Of a stretch of DNA of 26,451 nt, positions 15,595 through 24,197 are shown one piece after another (position 1 is the stretch's first letter; the number at the start of each line of letters is the position of its first letter). Where the stretch lies: assembly GCA_052390515.1 (NCBI GenBank), contig JBQTGV010000071.1, forward strand, positions 1-26,451. The letters are read 5' to 3'. Origin of the DNA: Candidatus Eiseniibacteriota bacterium (GTDB lineage: Bacteria > ARS69). Both the position numbers and the translations under genes were made by a program. Under the pieces are notes generated by a model. That model saw only the letters and a program-made list of their open reading frames with translations. It did not search any database and was not told the DNA's origin.

Positions 15595-18500
15595 TTACGC
15601 GTGCTCGACGAACTCGCCGCCGATGAACCGGCGGAGCGGATCGTTCTCGTAGCCGGGGCGAAGGCCGAGACGCGCGGGACGCCACAGGCCCTCCCCGCCG
15701 ATACCTCCCGCCTCCGCGCGAGTGATCTTCACCAGCGACTCTCGCGGAGCTCCCGTCGGGCAGTGCACGTCCGGCACGAAACCCTGTACGACCTGCTGGC
15801 CGAGGGCGGTCTTCACCGTGAGGGAATCCGTCATCCACGTGGGCTTCAGCCAGCCGCGCGTGCAGCTCTGGTGGCTGCCGGTGCGGAACAGGGACTGGTA
15901 TCCGGTCGTCGGCGACTTCGCCATTCCGTTGGCGTTCGTCTGCGAACCGAGCACGGAGCCGCGGGTGGATCCGTACATGTTGTGCCACATGCGGGTGATA
16001 CCGCGCGGCGTCCCCGGGTAGTAGCGCGCCCGCGCCATCAGCCGCGCCACCTTGTACCACTCCGGGTTCTCCTGCCACTTGCGGAACGGGCGATCGTGAG
16101 GGTCGGCGTCGATCCACACGTAGTCGCCGTCCTCGATTCCGAGGCCGCGCGCGTCCAGCGGATTGATGTCCACGTACATCTCGTTGATGAACGGCTTGCG
16201 CTTGTCCTCGCGGTACATGTCGCCGAAGGGGCCGAACCAGATCGCCACGATGTCCGTGTCCACCGGCGTGGTGTGCGCCCCGTGGCGATACTTCGGCGTG
16301 TGGAAGACGAACTGGTAACCGTCCTTCCACAGCGGGTGGCGACTCTCCAGCAGCTCCTCGACGGAGCGGACGACGTGGCGAGCCTGCCGCGCATCGGCAC
16401 CCACGTCCTGCGAGCTCACGCCGTAGTCCTCCGGGGTCTTGGGCCTCAGCAGGGGGTGGCGGCGATCGGCCACGATGACGTTCGGCTCGAAGAACGTGGA
16501 GTCGATCGGTTCACGGTGAACGACCACGTTTTCGCCGCTGTCCCGGAACTCCGCTTCCTCGCGGTAGAACTCGAGGCGGCCCGTCTTCGTGTACCAGGGC
16601 TTGTCCTCGTTGCCCTGCTCCCAGCCCCCGACCTTCGGGTACGTCCGAACTTCCAGGATGGCGGGAATGCCTTCCGCGGCGGCCTCCTCCAGCGCCTCGA
16701 TGCGATGGCCGCGCGTCGCGTTGGAGTGGTCCAGAACCCGCTGGATGTAGGGACGCGCGCCGCCCTCCCGCAGGAGGGTCCAGTAGCGCGCGTGGCGATC
16801 GTCGCCCGTCTCGCGCCCGACCGCTTCGCAGATCCCGGAAGCGACGTCCAGATCGCTTCGCGTGTCGTGGATTCGGGGGAGCGGGCTCGTCGGGAAGACG
16901 TACAGGAACGGATTGGTGACGGAGATGGTCATGTCCGGATAGCGGAGCTCCGCCCAGCTGTCCACGGGGAACACGACATCCGAGTATTCGCAACTCCCCG
17001 TCCACCACCACTCGTTGATGGCGATGAACTCGACCCTCGGAAACGTGTTGACGATCGTGTCGTAGTGCCCCTTCGCATTGCCGATCAGCGAGTTGGAATT
17101 GCAGACGTGAATCGCCTTGGTCGGGGTCGGCAGATGGGTCTTGCCGGTGAGGACCGCGCTGCCCGAGCGCAGGATGGTGTCCCCGTGGTTGAAGTAGTGC
17201 ACCGACTCGGCCTTCCACAGCATCCGCGGCCGCGCGGGCTTCGCGTGGTCCAGCTCGGGATCGAAGGGGTCCTCGGCGATGAACTGCGGGAGTCCGTTGA
17301 AGAAGCTCGCGCGGTAGTTTCCCGCGTACGAGCCGACGTTTCCGCCGTAGTGGCCGACGTTTCTGGTCAGCGACGCCACGAGGAACACCGCCCGGTCTTT
17401 CAGGTCGCTGTTGAAGAACTGGTTCGGGCCCATCCCCATGACGAACAGCGTCTTCTGCGGATTCGCCGCGATCTGCCGCGCGAGCGAGCGCACGGCCGCG
17501 GCCTTCGCCCACGTGATCTTCTCCACCTTGTCCGGCGTGTAGCTGGCGTTCAGCATCTCGCGGGTCACGTCGAGCACGGTGCGACAGGTCACCAGGCTCC
17601 CGTCGTGCAGGCGCACCGGTATGGTCCCGTCCAGCCGCGGCGTGACGCCGAGCGCCCGGAAGTTCTTGCCGACGTTGTCGCGATTCACAGCGACCGCGCG
17701 GTTCCCGGCCAGGTCCCAGATCACGTGATCGCCCCACTCGACGCGCTTCGCCTCGTCGATCACCGCTCCGGGCTGCTGGTGGACCGCCGGCCCCTTCTGC
17801 CCCGCCGGCACCACGACCGTATTGTTGGCCAGCGTGGCGAGCTCATATGCTGGGAAGACTTCCGAGGCGCGCAGCAGCTCCGCCGTGTCCATCCGGATCA
17901 ACAGCGGCAGGTCGGTGTGTCCGTTCACGTGTCCGGTGTCGTACAGCTTCTCCGCCAGGATCACCTGCGCGATGCCCAGCGCCAGCGCCGGCGTCGTGCC
18001 CGGGCGGACGATCAGCACCTCGTCGGCCTTGCAGGCGGTGGCGCTGTATTCCGCGGCGATGACCACCACTTTCGCGCCCTTCATCCGCGCTTCGGTCAGC
18101 CAGTGCGAATCCGGCATCTTCGTCGTGATCCAGTTCATGCCCCAGGCGATGATGAGGTTCGCGTACTCCGCGTTGCACAGGTCGAAATCGACGGTCTGCT
18201 GGCCCGTGACCATGGGATGGCCGGGCGGGAGATCGGTGTGCCACGAGTAGTTGTCCCAGCCGCGCGCTCCGACGGACTCCTTCGGGCCGCGTCCCCGCAG
18301 CTTGTCGTCCAGCAGCGCCATGGCGTTCGCCGTGCGGTACTGCGCGAAGACGCGGGTCATGCCCAGCGCCGGCATCCCGCCGCGGAACTTGAGCACCTGC
18401 GTTCCGGCACCGCCCGTCGCCTCGACCATCAGCGGGTCGTAGCCTTGGGCCAGCAGCCGCTCCTTCCCCTGCTCGCCGGAGTAGGTCCGCGCGATGTCGA

Positions 18501-19080
18501 CGAGCGCCGTGGCCGACATGGCGTAGGCCTGCTCCCAGGTGACCGGCACCCACGGATCCTCGCCGCGGCGCAGGTACTTCACGTCGATGGCGGCGGTCCG
18601 CGGGTCCCGCGGTCTGCCGTCCTCGATCCACTCGAGGAACCCGCGACGCACGAGCGGCCGCTTGCAGCGGCGGTCCCCGTAGAAGCGGCGGACGAGCGCG
18701 AGCCCCTTCTGGCAGCATCTCGGGTCCCAGCGCTGCGATGCGCCGTTGCCGTGCAGGTCCTTCGCCTTGTGGTAGCCGTACGTCGGCGCGATGCGCGTCA
18801 CGACGCCGTTCTTGACGTGCGCGCGCAGCAGGCAGTTGTGCGTGTCGTTCGGCGCGCAAAGGAACGTGAAGGTGGAGTCGGAGCGGTAGAGATCCCGGTA
18901 GACGTGCTCCCAGTCCCGCGCGGGATAGTCGGCGAGCGGGTTGTCCACGCGCACCGGCCGAAGGAACTCGGCGGCGGCGGCGGCCTCGCGGGCGAGGAGG
19001 AGAGAGCCGGCCCCGGCTCCGGCCATCTGGAAGAGGAAGCTCCTGCGCGAAACCCCGCGGCCCGCTGCGGCTCGGCCCAT
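15595..19080 (-). CDS. nxrA: Tat-exported Mo-bisPGD alpha subunit, type II DMSO reductase family (periplasmic NxrA/NarG-like), 1161 aa
   Basis: Tat motif SRRSFL; NPLADYPARDWEHVYRD; FS0 motif CAPNDTHNC...PRCCQKG; Mo-ligand Asp region YSWHTDLPPGHP; TKMPDSHW; WYTKTGRLEFY; TPKYRHGAH. ATG at 19080 after a GGGAG SD. Confidence 0.85.
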   Translation of the reverse strand: MGRAAAGRGVSRRSFLFQMAGAGAGSLLLAREAAAAAEFLRPVRVDNPLADYPARDWEHVYRDLYRSDSTFTFLCAPNDTHNCLLRAHVKNGVVTRIAPTYGYHKAKDLHGNGASQRWDPRCCQKGLALVRRFYGDRRCKRPLVRRGFLEWIEDGRPRDPRTAAIDVKYLRRGEDPWVPVTWEQAYAMSATALVDIARTYSGEQGKERLLAQGYDPLMVEATGGAGTQVLKFRGGMPALGMTRVFAQYRTANAMALLDDKLRGRGPKESVGARGWDNYSWHTDLPPGHPMVTGQQTVDFDLCNAEYANLIIAWGMNWITTKMPDSHWLTEARMKGAKVVVIAAEYSATACKADEVLIVRPGTTPALALGIAQVILAEKLYDTGHVNGHTDLPLLIRMDTAELLRASEVFPAYELATLANNTVVVPAGQKGPAVHQQPGAVIDEAKRVEWGDHVIWDLAGNRAVAVNRDNVGKNFRALGVTPRLDGTIPVRLHDGSLVTCRTVLDVTREMLNASYTPDKVEKITWAKAAAVRSLARQIAANPQKTLFVMGMGPNQFFNSDLKDRAVFLVASLTRNVGHYGGNVGSYAGNYRASFFNGLPQFIAEDPFDPELDHAKPARPRMLWKAESVHYFNHGDTILRSGSAVLTGKTHLPTPTKAIHVCNSNSLIGNAKGHYDTIVNTFPRVEFIAINEWWWTGSCEYSDVVFPVDSWAELRYPDMTISVTNPFLYVFPTSPLPRIHDTRSDLDVASGICEAVGRETGDDRHARYWTLLREGGARPYIQRVLDHSNATRGHRIEALEEAAAEGIPAILEVRTYPKVGGWEQGNEDKPWYTKTGRLEFYREEAEFRDSGENVVVHREPIDSTFFEPNVIVADRRHPLLRPKTPEDYGVSSQDVGADARQARHVVRSVEELLESRHPLWKDGYQFVFHTPKYRHGAHTTPVDTDIVAIWFGPFGDMYREDKRKPFINEMYVDINPLDARGLGIEDGDYVWIDADPHDRPFRKWQENPEWYKVARLMARARYYPGTPRGITRMWHNMYGSTRGSVLGSQTNANGMAKSPTTGYQSLFRTGSHQSCTRGWLKPTWMTDSLTVKTALGQQVVQGFVPDVHCPTGAPRESLVKITRAEAGGIGGEGLWRPARLGLRPGYENDPLRRFIGGEFVEHA

Positions 19081-19144
19081 CGGTAGCTCCCACAAGGACT
19101 TGGCGGGTTCGGCCGAATAGCCGACCAGCCAATCCACTTGGGCG

Positions 19145-19173
19145 AAAGTAGGGGGACTGTGCCGGACCGTCAA
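19145..19173 (-). promoter_or_regulatory. Sigma70-type promoter of the molybdoenzyme operon
   Basis: TTGACG-N17-TACTTT, 64 nt upstream of the alpha subunit ATG. Confidence 0.6.
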
Positions 19174-19183
19174 GGCCGACCCC

Positions 19184-19210
19184 TGAACCTTTCGTCCGCG
19201 GGTCTCGTCT
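19184..19210 (+). promoter_or_regulatory. ECF sigma-type promoter of the DUF4097 gene
   Basis: TGAACC-N16-CGTCT matches the general ECF AAC/CGT consensus, followed by GAGGAGG SD and ATG at 19243. Confidence 0.6.
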
Positions 19211-19242
19211 CAGGGGCATCCTGACGCCCGAGGAGGTAACCC

Positions 19243-20064
19243 ATGATCCCGCGTTCCATCCGTCTCGCCGCCGCGGCGTTTGCCCCGGCGCTCCTGCTTC
19301 CCCTCTCCGCTCCCGCCGGCACCTGGACGGTCATCGAGGACGACGAGTGGTGCGAAGACCGCAGCCCGCGCCAGGACTGGTGCGAGGTGCGCGAGATCAC
19401 GCTCCCCGCCCGCGAGCTGATCGCCGTGGACGCCGGCCGGAACGGCGGCATCCAGGTCGAGGCCTGGGACAAGAACGAGATCCGCGTCCGCGCGATGGTC
19501 ACCGTGGACGACGTCGGCAAGGACGAAGCCGCGGAGATCGCGGCGGGAATCGAGATCGGCACGGAGACGACCATCGAGGCGAGCGGACCTGACGGCCGCA
19601 AGCAGAAGTGGTCGGTGAGCTACCGGCTCATGGTGCCGGCGAAGTCGAACCTGGACCTGGAGGCGAACAACGGCGGCATCGCCATCGCCGGAGTCGACGG
19701 CACGCTCGAGTTCTCCACGCTGAACGGGGGCATCAAGCTGGCGGACATATCCGGGGACGTCCGCGGACGGACGACGAACGGCGGAATCGCAGTGGACTTG
19801 GAAGGCGCGTCGTGGAAGGGCGAAGGTCTGGACCTCGAGACTACGAATGGCGGCATCGAGTTGGCTGTGCCGGACGGTTACTCCGCGCGGCTACAGATGG
19901 CCACGGTGAACGGCGGCGTGCACTCCGACTTCGAGGGCGAAGGCGACCTCGACGAGCGCGGGCGGCCGGGCCGGCCGAAGCGGATCGCGCTGACGCTGGG
20001 CGACGGCGGCGCCTTGCTGCGGCTCGTCACCACGAACGGGGGGATCCACGTCGAGGCGACGTAA
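19243..20064 (+). CDS. DUF4097 (beta-strand repeat, adhesin-like) secreted protein
   Basis: Signal peptide; repeated T-x-NGGI motifs; WSVSYRLMVP; LAVPDGYSARL. Confidence 0.85.
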   Translation: MIPRSIRLAAAAFAPALLLPLSAPAGTWTVIEDDEWCEDRSPRQDWCEVREITLPARELIAVDAGRNGGIQVEAWDKNEIRVRAMVTVDDVGKDEAAEIAAGIEIGTETTIEASGPDGRKQKWSVSYRLMVPAKSNLDLEANNGGIAIAGVDGTLEFSTLNGGIKLADISGDVRGRTTNGGIAVDLEGASWKGEGLDLETTNGGIELAVPDGYSARLQMATVNGGVHSDFEGEGDLDERGRPGRPKRIALTLGDGGALLRLVTTNGGIHVEAT

Positions 20065-20066
20065 GA

Positions 20067-21965
20067 TCAGCGCAGGAGGAGCGCCCGCACGTCTCCGTCG
20101 CGCCGGGTAATCCGCTTCGCGTCCATGGTCTCGAGCAGCGGCACGGCGAACTTGCGCGAGATGCCGAGCTTGTCCCGGACGGCGCCGACCGTGATGGCGC
20201 CGTCCGCGGCGTGGATCTCGCGGACGGTCTCGAGCGCGCGCCGCCACGCGTCCTGGTGCACGAGGATCTCCTCGGCGAGCTTCTCGAGCACGCCCTGCTC
20301 GAGCAGCGCCTCGATCACGTCGGCGGCGAGCGCCGCGTCCTTCGCTCCGGCGAGCACGTCCTTCCGGTCCGGCGGCGAAAGGCCGGCGGCGCCGTAGAGC
20401 GCTTCCAGCCGCTCGCGCTCGGCCTTCGCCCGTCCCTCGAAGACCACCTCGCCGCCGCCGACGCGCACGCGGTCACCGTGCACCTCGATCTCGCCGTCCC
20501 GCACCAACTCGTCCAGCAGCTCGCTCATGACCGCCGGCGAAGCGTCACCGCCGACGGCTTGCCGCAGGTCGTCCCGCGAGCACCCCCAGCGCAGCGGGTG
20601 CCGCTCCTGGAAGCGCGCGCCCGCCTCCAGCGCGCCGCGCCGCGCGAGCCGCCACACATCCGTGGAGACGACGCGCCCGCCCGCCGTCCGCCGCAGCGTA
20701 CCGGCGCCGACCTCGGTGTCGATCACCTGCCGCAGGTCCTCGGCCGTCATTGATGTCGCCGTGGCGAGCGCCGTCGGCTTCGCTCCGCCCAGCCCGACCG
20801 CCGCCACGGCTTCGAGCAGGATGGCCGCGGGGCCGCCGCCCTCTCGCTTGGCCAGCGCGTCCAGCTCGTCGGGACGGTAGCGCTTGTGCTTCCCCGGATG
20901 CGGATCCACGATCGTACCGCCGGCCATCGTCACCATGGGCGAATACGAACGCACCACGAAGCGGTCACCGTGCGCGGCCACGACCGGCGTTTCCATCCGG
21001 ATCTGCGCGAGGCAGTCACCGCCGGGCTCCAGCTCGTCGCGGTCCAGCAGAACGACGCGCGCCAAGTCCTCCGACGCGGCGACGTGAAGGCGAACGCGTT
21101 CCCGGTTGCGCAGCGGGCGGACCCAGCGCTTCGAGACTCGGATGCGCACGTCCAGCATCGACGTGGCGCTGAGCGAACCCGGCGTGACGAGCTGCTGGCC
21201 GCGCTCCACCTCCTCCTTGGCGACGCCGTGCAGCGCCACCGCGGTGCGCTGTCCGGCCGCCGCCCGTTCCACGTCCGCACCGTGCACCTGCACGCGGCGC
21301 ACGCGCACGCTCTTCCCCGACGGCACGATGTCCATACGGTCCCCGACAGCCACCGATCCCGAGAAGGCGGTCCCGGTGACGACCGTGCCGAAGCCCTCCA
21401 TGGTGAAGACGCGGTCGACGGGCAGCCGGAAAGGGCCGTCGGACGGCCGCGGCCGCGTCTCCTTCGCCAGGCGGACGAGCGTCACCTTCAGCTCGTCGAG
21501 CCCGGCGCCGGTCACCGAGCTCACGCGGACGACGGGCGCGCCGGCGAGCGCCGTCCCCTCCAATGCCTCTTCCGCGTCCAGGGCGGCGATATCCGCGGTC
21601 TCCTCGTCCACGAGATCGCACTTCGTCAGCGCGACGACGCCGCGCTCCACGCCGAGGAAGTCGATGATGTCCAGGTGCTCGCGCGTCTGCGGCATCGCTC
21701 CTTCGTCCGCGGCGACGACCAGCGCGACGAGATCGATGCCGCCGGCGCCGGCCAACATGTTCTTGACGAAGCGCTCGTGCCCGGGCACGTCGACGATGCC
21801 GAAGCGGATGTCGCCGATCTCCAGATGGGCGAAGCCCAGCACGATGGAGATGCCGCGTCGTCGCTCCTCTTCCAGGCGATCGGTGTCGATGCCGGTGAGC
21901 GCCTTGACCAGCGCCGTCTTGCCGTGATCGATGTGGCCGGCGGTCCCGAGAACGACCGACCTCAT
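20067..21965 (-). CDS. selB: Selenocysteine-specific translation elongation factor
   Basis: [70 protein letters not shown], and C-terminal winged helix [13 protein letters not shown]. Confidence 0.96.
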   Translation of the reverse strand: MRSVVLGTAGHIDHGKTALVKALTGIDTDRLEEERRRGISIVLGFAHLEIGDIRFGIVDVPGHERFVKNMLAGAGGIDLVALVVAADEGAMPQTREHLDIIDFLGVERGVVALTKCDLVDEETADIAALDAEEALEGTALAGAPVVRVSSVTGAGLDELKVTLVRLAKETRPRPSDGPFRLPVDRVFTMEGFGTVVTGTAFSGSVAVGDRMDIVPSGKSVRVRRVQVHGADVERAAAGQRTAVALHGVAKEEVERGQQLVTPGSLSATSMLDVRIRVSKRWVRPLRNRERVRLHVAASEDLARVVLLDRDELEPGGDCLAQIRMETPVVAAHGDRFVVRSYSPMVTMAGGTIVDPHPGKHKRYRPDELDALAKREGGGPAAILLEAVAAVGLGGAKPTALATATSMTAEDLRQVIDTEVGAGTLRRTAGGRVVSTDVWRLARRGALEAGARFQERHPLRWGCSRDDLRQAVGGDASPAVMSELLDELVRDGEIEVHGDRVRVGGGEVVFEGRAKAERERLEALYGAAGLSPPDRKDVLAGAKDAALAADVIEALLEQGVLEKLAEEILVHQDAWRRALETVREIHAADGAITVGAVRDKLGISRKFAVPLLETMDAKRITRRDGDVRALLLR

Positions 21966-22090
21966 GAATCGAAGAGCCGCCGCGCGAGGAAGACCAGCAC
22001 GGCGAGGGCCGACGCGCACGTCACGATCCACGCGAGCACGCGCTCGGCCCGCGTCGGACGGTACGACGACTTCTCCTTGAGCAGCCCCAT
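21962..22090 (-). CDS. 42-aa single-pass membrane protein, unknown function
   Basis: [42 protein letters not shown]. Its stop overlaps the selB ATG (ATGA). GC-rich third codon positions. Not in the ORF track. Confidence 0.6.
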   Translation of the reverse strand: MGLLKEKSSYRPTRAERVLAWIVTCASALAVLVFLARRLFDS

Positions 22091-22196
22091 GACGCCGGAG
22101 AGTACGCGAGCGCGGCGGCGGCGGACAAGGATGGGGCGAGCGCCGCACGGCGCCGCCGGGCGGGCGGGCGTGGCCTTCTCTTGCAGATCATGACAC

Positions 22197-22226
22197 TTGA
22201 GTACGCGGCTGTCCGTTTTCTATACT
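22197..22226 (+). promoter_or_regulatory. Sigma70-type promoter for the GT2-xth genes
   Basis: TTGAGT-N18-TATACT. Confidence 0.5.
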
Positions 22227-22307
22227 CGGAAGCGGAGCCGCCCCTCCTGCCGCCTACCGGCGGCGCTTCCTCCCGCGTCCGAGCCTTCCGGCGTCCGCCG
22301 GGGGCTC

Positions 22308-23402
22308 GTGGAACTGTTCTTCGAGGCCGCCTTCTGGGTTGCGGCCGGACTCCTCGCTTCGACCTACGCCGCTTATCCCGTGGCGACGCTCTGCGCCTCG
22401 GTGCTTCGCCGGCGGCGCGCGCGTCCCGCGCCGGAGCCCCGGCGCGTCAGCGTGGTGATCGCCGCCCGGCCCGGGGACCCCGGCATCGGTGCGCGGGTCC
22501 GCGCCGCGCTGGCCCTCGACTACCCGCGGGAACTGCTCGAGGTGATCGTCGCGTCGACGAGAAGGTCCGGCGCCGCATGCGCTGCCGGAGAGATCGTCGT
22601 CGTGCTGGAGCCCGGAGTGCTCGTTCATGCCGACGCGCTTCGCCACGTCGTCCGCGCGTTCGACGATCCCGGCGTCGGCGGCGTCTCCGGCAACCGCCTC
22701 CTGCTCCGGTCCCATGGCGAAGAGCCGACGCTCCGGGCCGAGCGTCTCTACGCCGACTGGGAGAAGTGGATCGGCCTTCTGGAATCGAGCTCGGAAGGCA
22801 TCGCCTGGCCGGACGCCGCCGTGTGGGCGTTTCGCCGAGAGCACTTCGCCGGCGTGCACTTCACGGGCGCGCGGGGTGACGGCAGCCTGGAGCTCGCCGT
22901 CGCGGCGAACGTCGTCGCGGCCGGCCGGCGCGTCGTGTGGGAGCCGCGCGCCCTGACCTGGGAGCACGGCGGCGACGCGGCGCAGCGGTTCGAGGAGCGC
23001 GCCCGCGCCACGAGGGACCGCCTCGCCACGCTCCGCCGGCGTCCGGACCTGCTGAACCCCTTCCGCCACGGCGCGTGGTCGGTCACCGTGTTCTCCCACG
23101 GTCCGATCCGATGGCTCGCGCCGCTCTTCCTCGGCCTCGCGCTGGCGGCGAGCAGCGCGCTCGCCGCGCAACACTCCGGGTACCGCGCTGCCGCCGTCGC
23201 CCAGCTCGGCTTCTACGCGCTCGCCGCGCTCGGGTGGCTCGCCCGCGCGAGCCGGATCGCCCGCAGCCCGCTGCTCTGCGTGCCGCTCTTCCTGTGTCTC
23301 GTGTGGATCGCCGACCTCGTGGCGCTCGCGCCGCCGGGATGGTTCGGCGCGCGCGTCCGCACCCCGGCCAGCGACTGGACAACTCCGCCGACTCCTGCTT
23401 GA
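22308..23402 (+). CDS. Degenerate family 2 glycosyltransferase-like membrane protein
   Basis: N-terminal TM (FWVAAGLLASTYAAYP), VSVVIAA, LALDYPRELLEVIVAS, FDDPGVGGVSG, RLYADWEKWI, LLNPFRHG, IRWLAPLF, and C-terminal TMs. Catalytic acidic motifs are absent. Confidence 0.75.
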   Translation: MELFFEAAFWVAAGLLASTYAAYPVATLCASVLRRRRARPAPEPRRVSVVIAARPGDPGIGARVRAALALDYPRELLEVIVASTRRSGAACAAGEIVVVLEPGVLVHADALRHVVRAFDDPGVGGVSGNRLLLRSHGEEPTLRAERLYADWEKWIGLLESSSEGIAWPDAAVWAFRREHFAGVHFTGARGDGSLELAVAANVVAAGRRVVWEPRALTWEHGGDAAQRFEERARATRDRLATLRRRPDLLNPFRHGAWSVTVFSHGPIRWLAPLFLGLALAASSALAAQHSGYRAAAVAQLGFYALAALGWLARASRIARSPLLCVPLFLCLVWIADLVALAPPGWFGARVRTPASDWTTPPTPA

Positions 23403-23410
23403 TTCCGCGC

Positions 23411-24184
23411 ATGCGGGTCGCGACGTGGAACGTCAACGGACTCCGGGCACGCTTCGACTTCCTGAAGCTGTGGCTCGCCGAACGGCAGCCGGACGTCGTC
23501 GGCCTTCAGGAGCTGAAGCTCGAGAGCGAACAGTTCCCGCACGAGGAGTTCGAGGCGCTCGGCTGGAAGGCCGCCGTTCACGGGCAGAAAGCGTGGAACG
23601 GGGTGGCCGTGCTCGCGCGGACCGAGCCGCGCGTCGTGCAGGCCGGGCTTCCGGGTCAGAGTGAAGCGGGCGCGCGGCTGCTGACTGTCGATGCCGGCGG
23701 CGTCGAGTTCACGACGATCTACGTGCCCAACGGAAAGTCGGTCGGGCATCCCGACTTCGCGCCGAAGCTCGCCTGGCTGGATGCGCTCGTCGAGCATCTT
23801 CGCGCCACGCACGCAGCGGACCGCCCAGCATTGCTCTGCGGGGACTTCAACCTCTGCCCCGGACCGCTGGACACCTGGAACGAGGAGGCGTTCCGCGGCC
23901 GCATCTTCCACACCGACGAGGAGCGCGCGCGCTTCCGCGCCCTGCTGGACGCCGGCTGGCGCGACGCGTTCCGCGAGCGGAATCCCGAGTCACAGGCGTT
24001 TTCCTGGTGGGACTACCGCGGGGGGGCGTTCCACCGCAAGATGGGTCTGCGCATCGATCTGCTGCTCGCCACCGGGTCGGCGCTCCCGCGCGTGAAGTCC
24101 GTCGTCATCGACCGGGAGTGGCGCAAGAAGAAGGGCGAGCTCATCCCGTCGGATCACGCGCCGGTGGTGGCGGAGGTGGGCTGA
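23411..24184 (+). CDS. xth: Exodeoxyribonuclease III (AP endonuclease)
   Basis: MRVATWNVNGLRAR, DVVGLQELK, GQKAWNGVAVL, IYVPNG, LCGDFN, FSWWDYR, GLRIDLLL, PSDHAPV. Confidence 0.96.
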   Translation: MRVATWNVNGLRARFDFLKLWLAERQPDVVGLQELKLESEQFPHEEFEALGWKAAVHGQKAWNGVAVLARTEPRVVQAGLPGQSEAGARLLTVDAGGVEFTTIYVPNGKSVGHPDFAPKLAWLDALVEHLRATHAADRPALLCGDFNLCPGPLDTWNEEAFRGRIFHTDEERARFRALLDAGWRDAFRERNPESQAFSWWDYRGGAFHRKMGLRIDLLLATGSALPRVKSVVIDREWRKKKGELIPSDHAPVVAEVG

Positions 24185-24197
24185 GCGGTCGGGGGCC

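Noticed and set aside
13300-19086. 1928-aa plus-strand ORF and other long ORFs such as 4..1683 and 10177..12765
   Set aside because: These are antisense or off-frame shadows of real genes in high-GC DNA, with Arg/Ala/Pro-rich translations and no motifs.
19081-19173. Longer alpha subunit start at TTG 19173 given by the ORF track
   Set aside because: That TTG is the -35 box of the predicted promoter. ATG 19080 has an SD and puts the Tat motif at a normal position.
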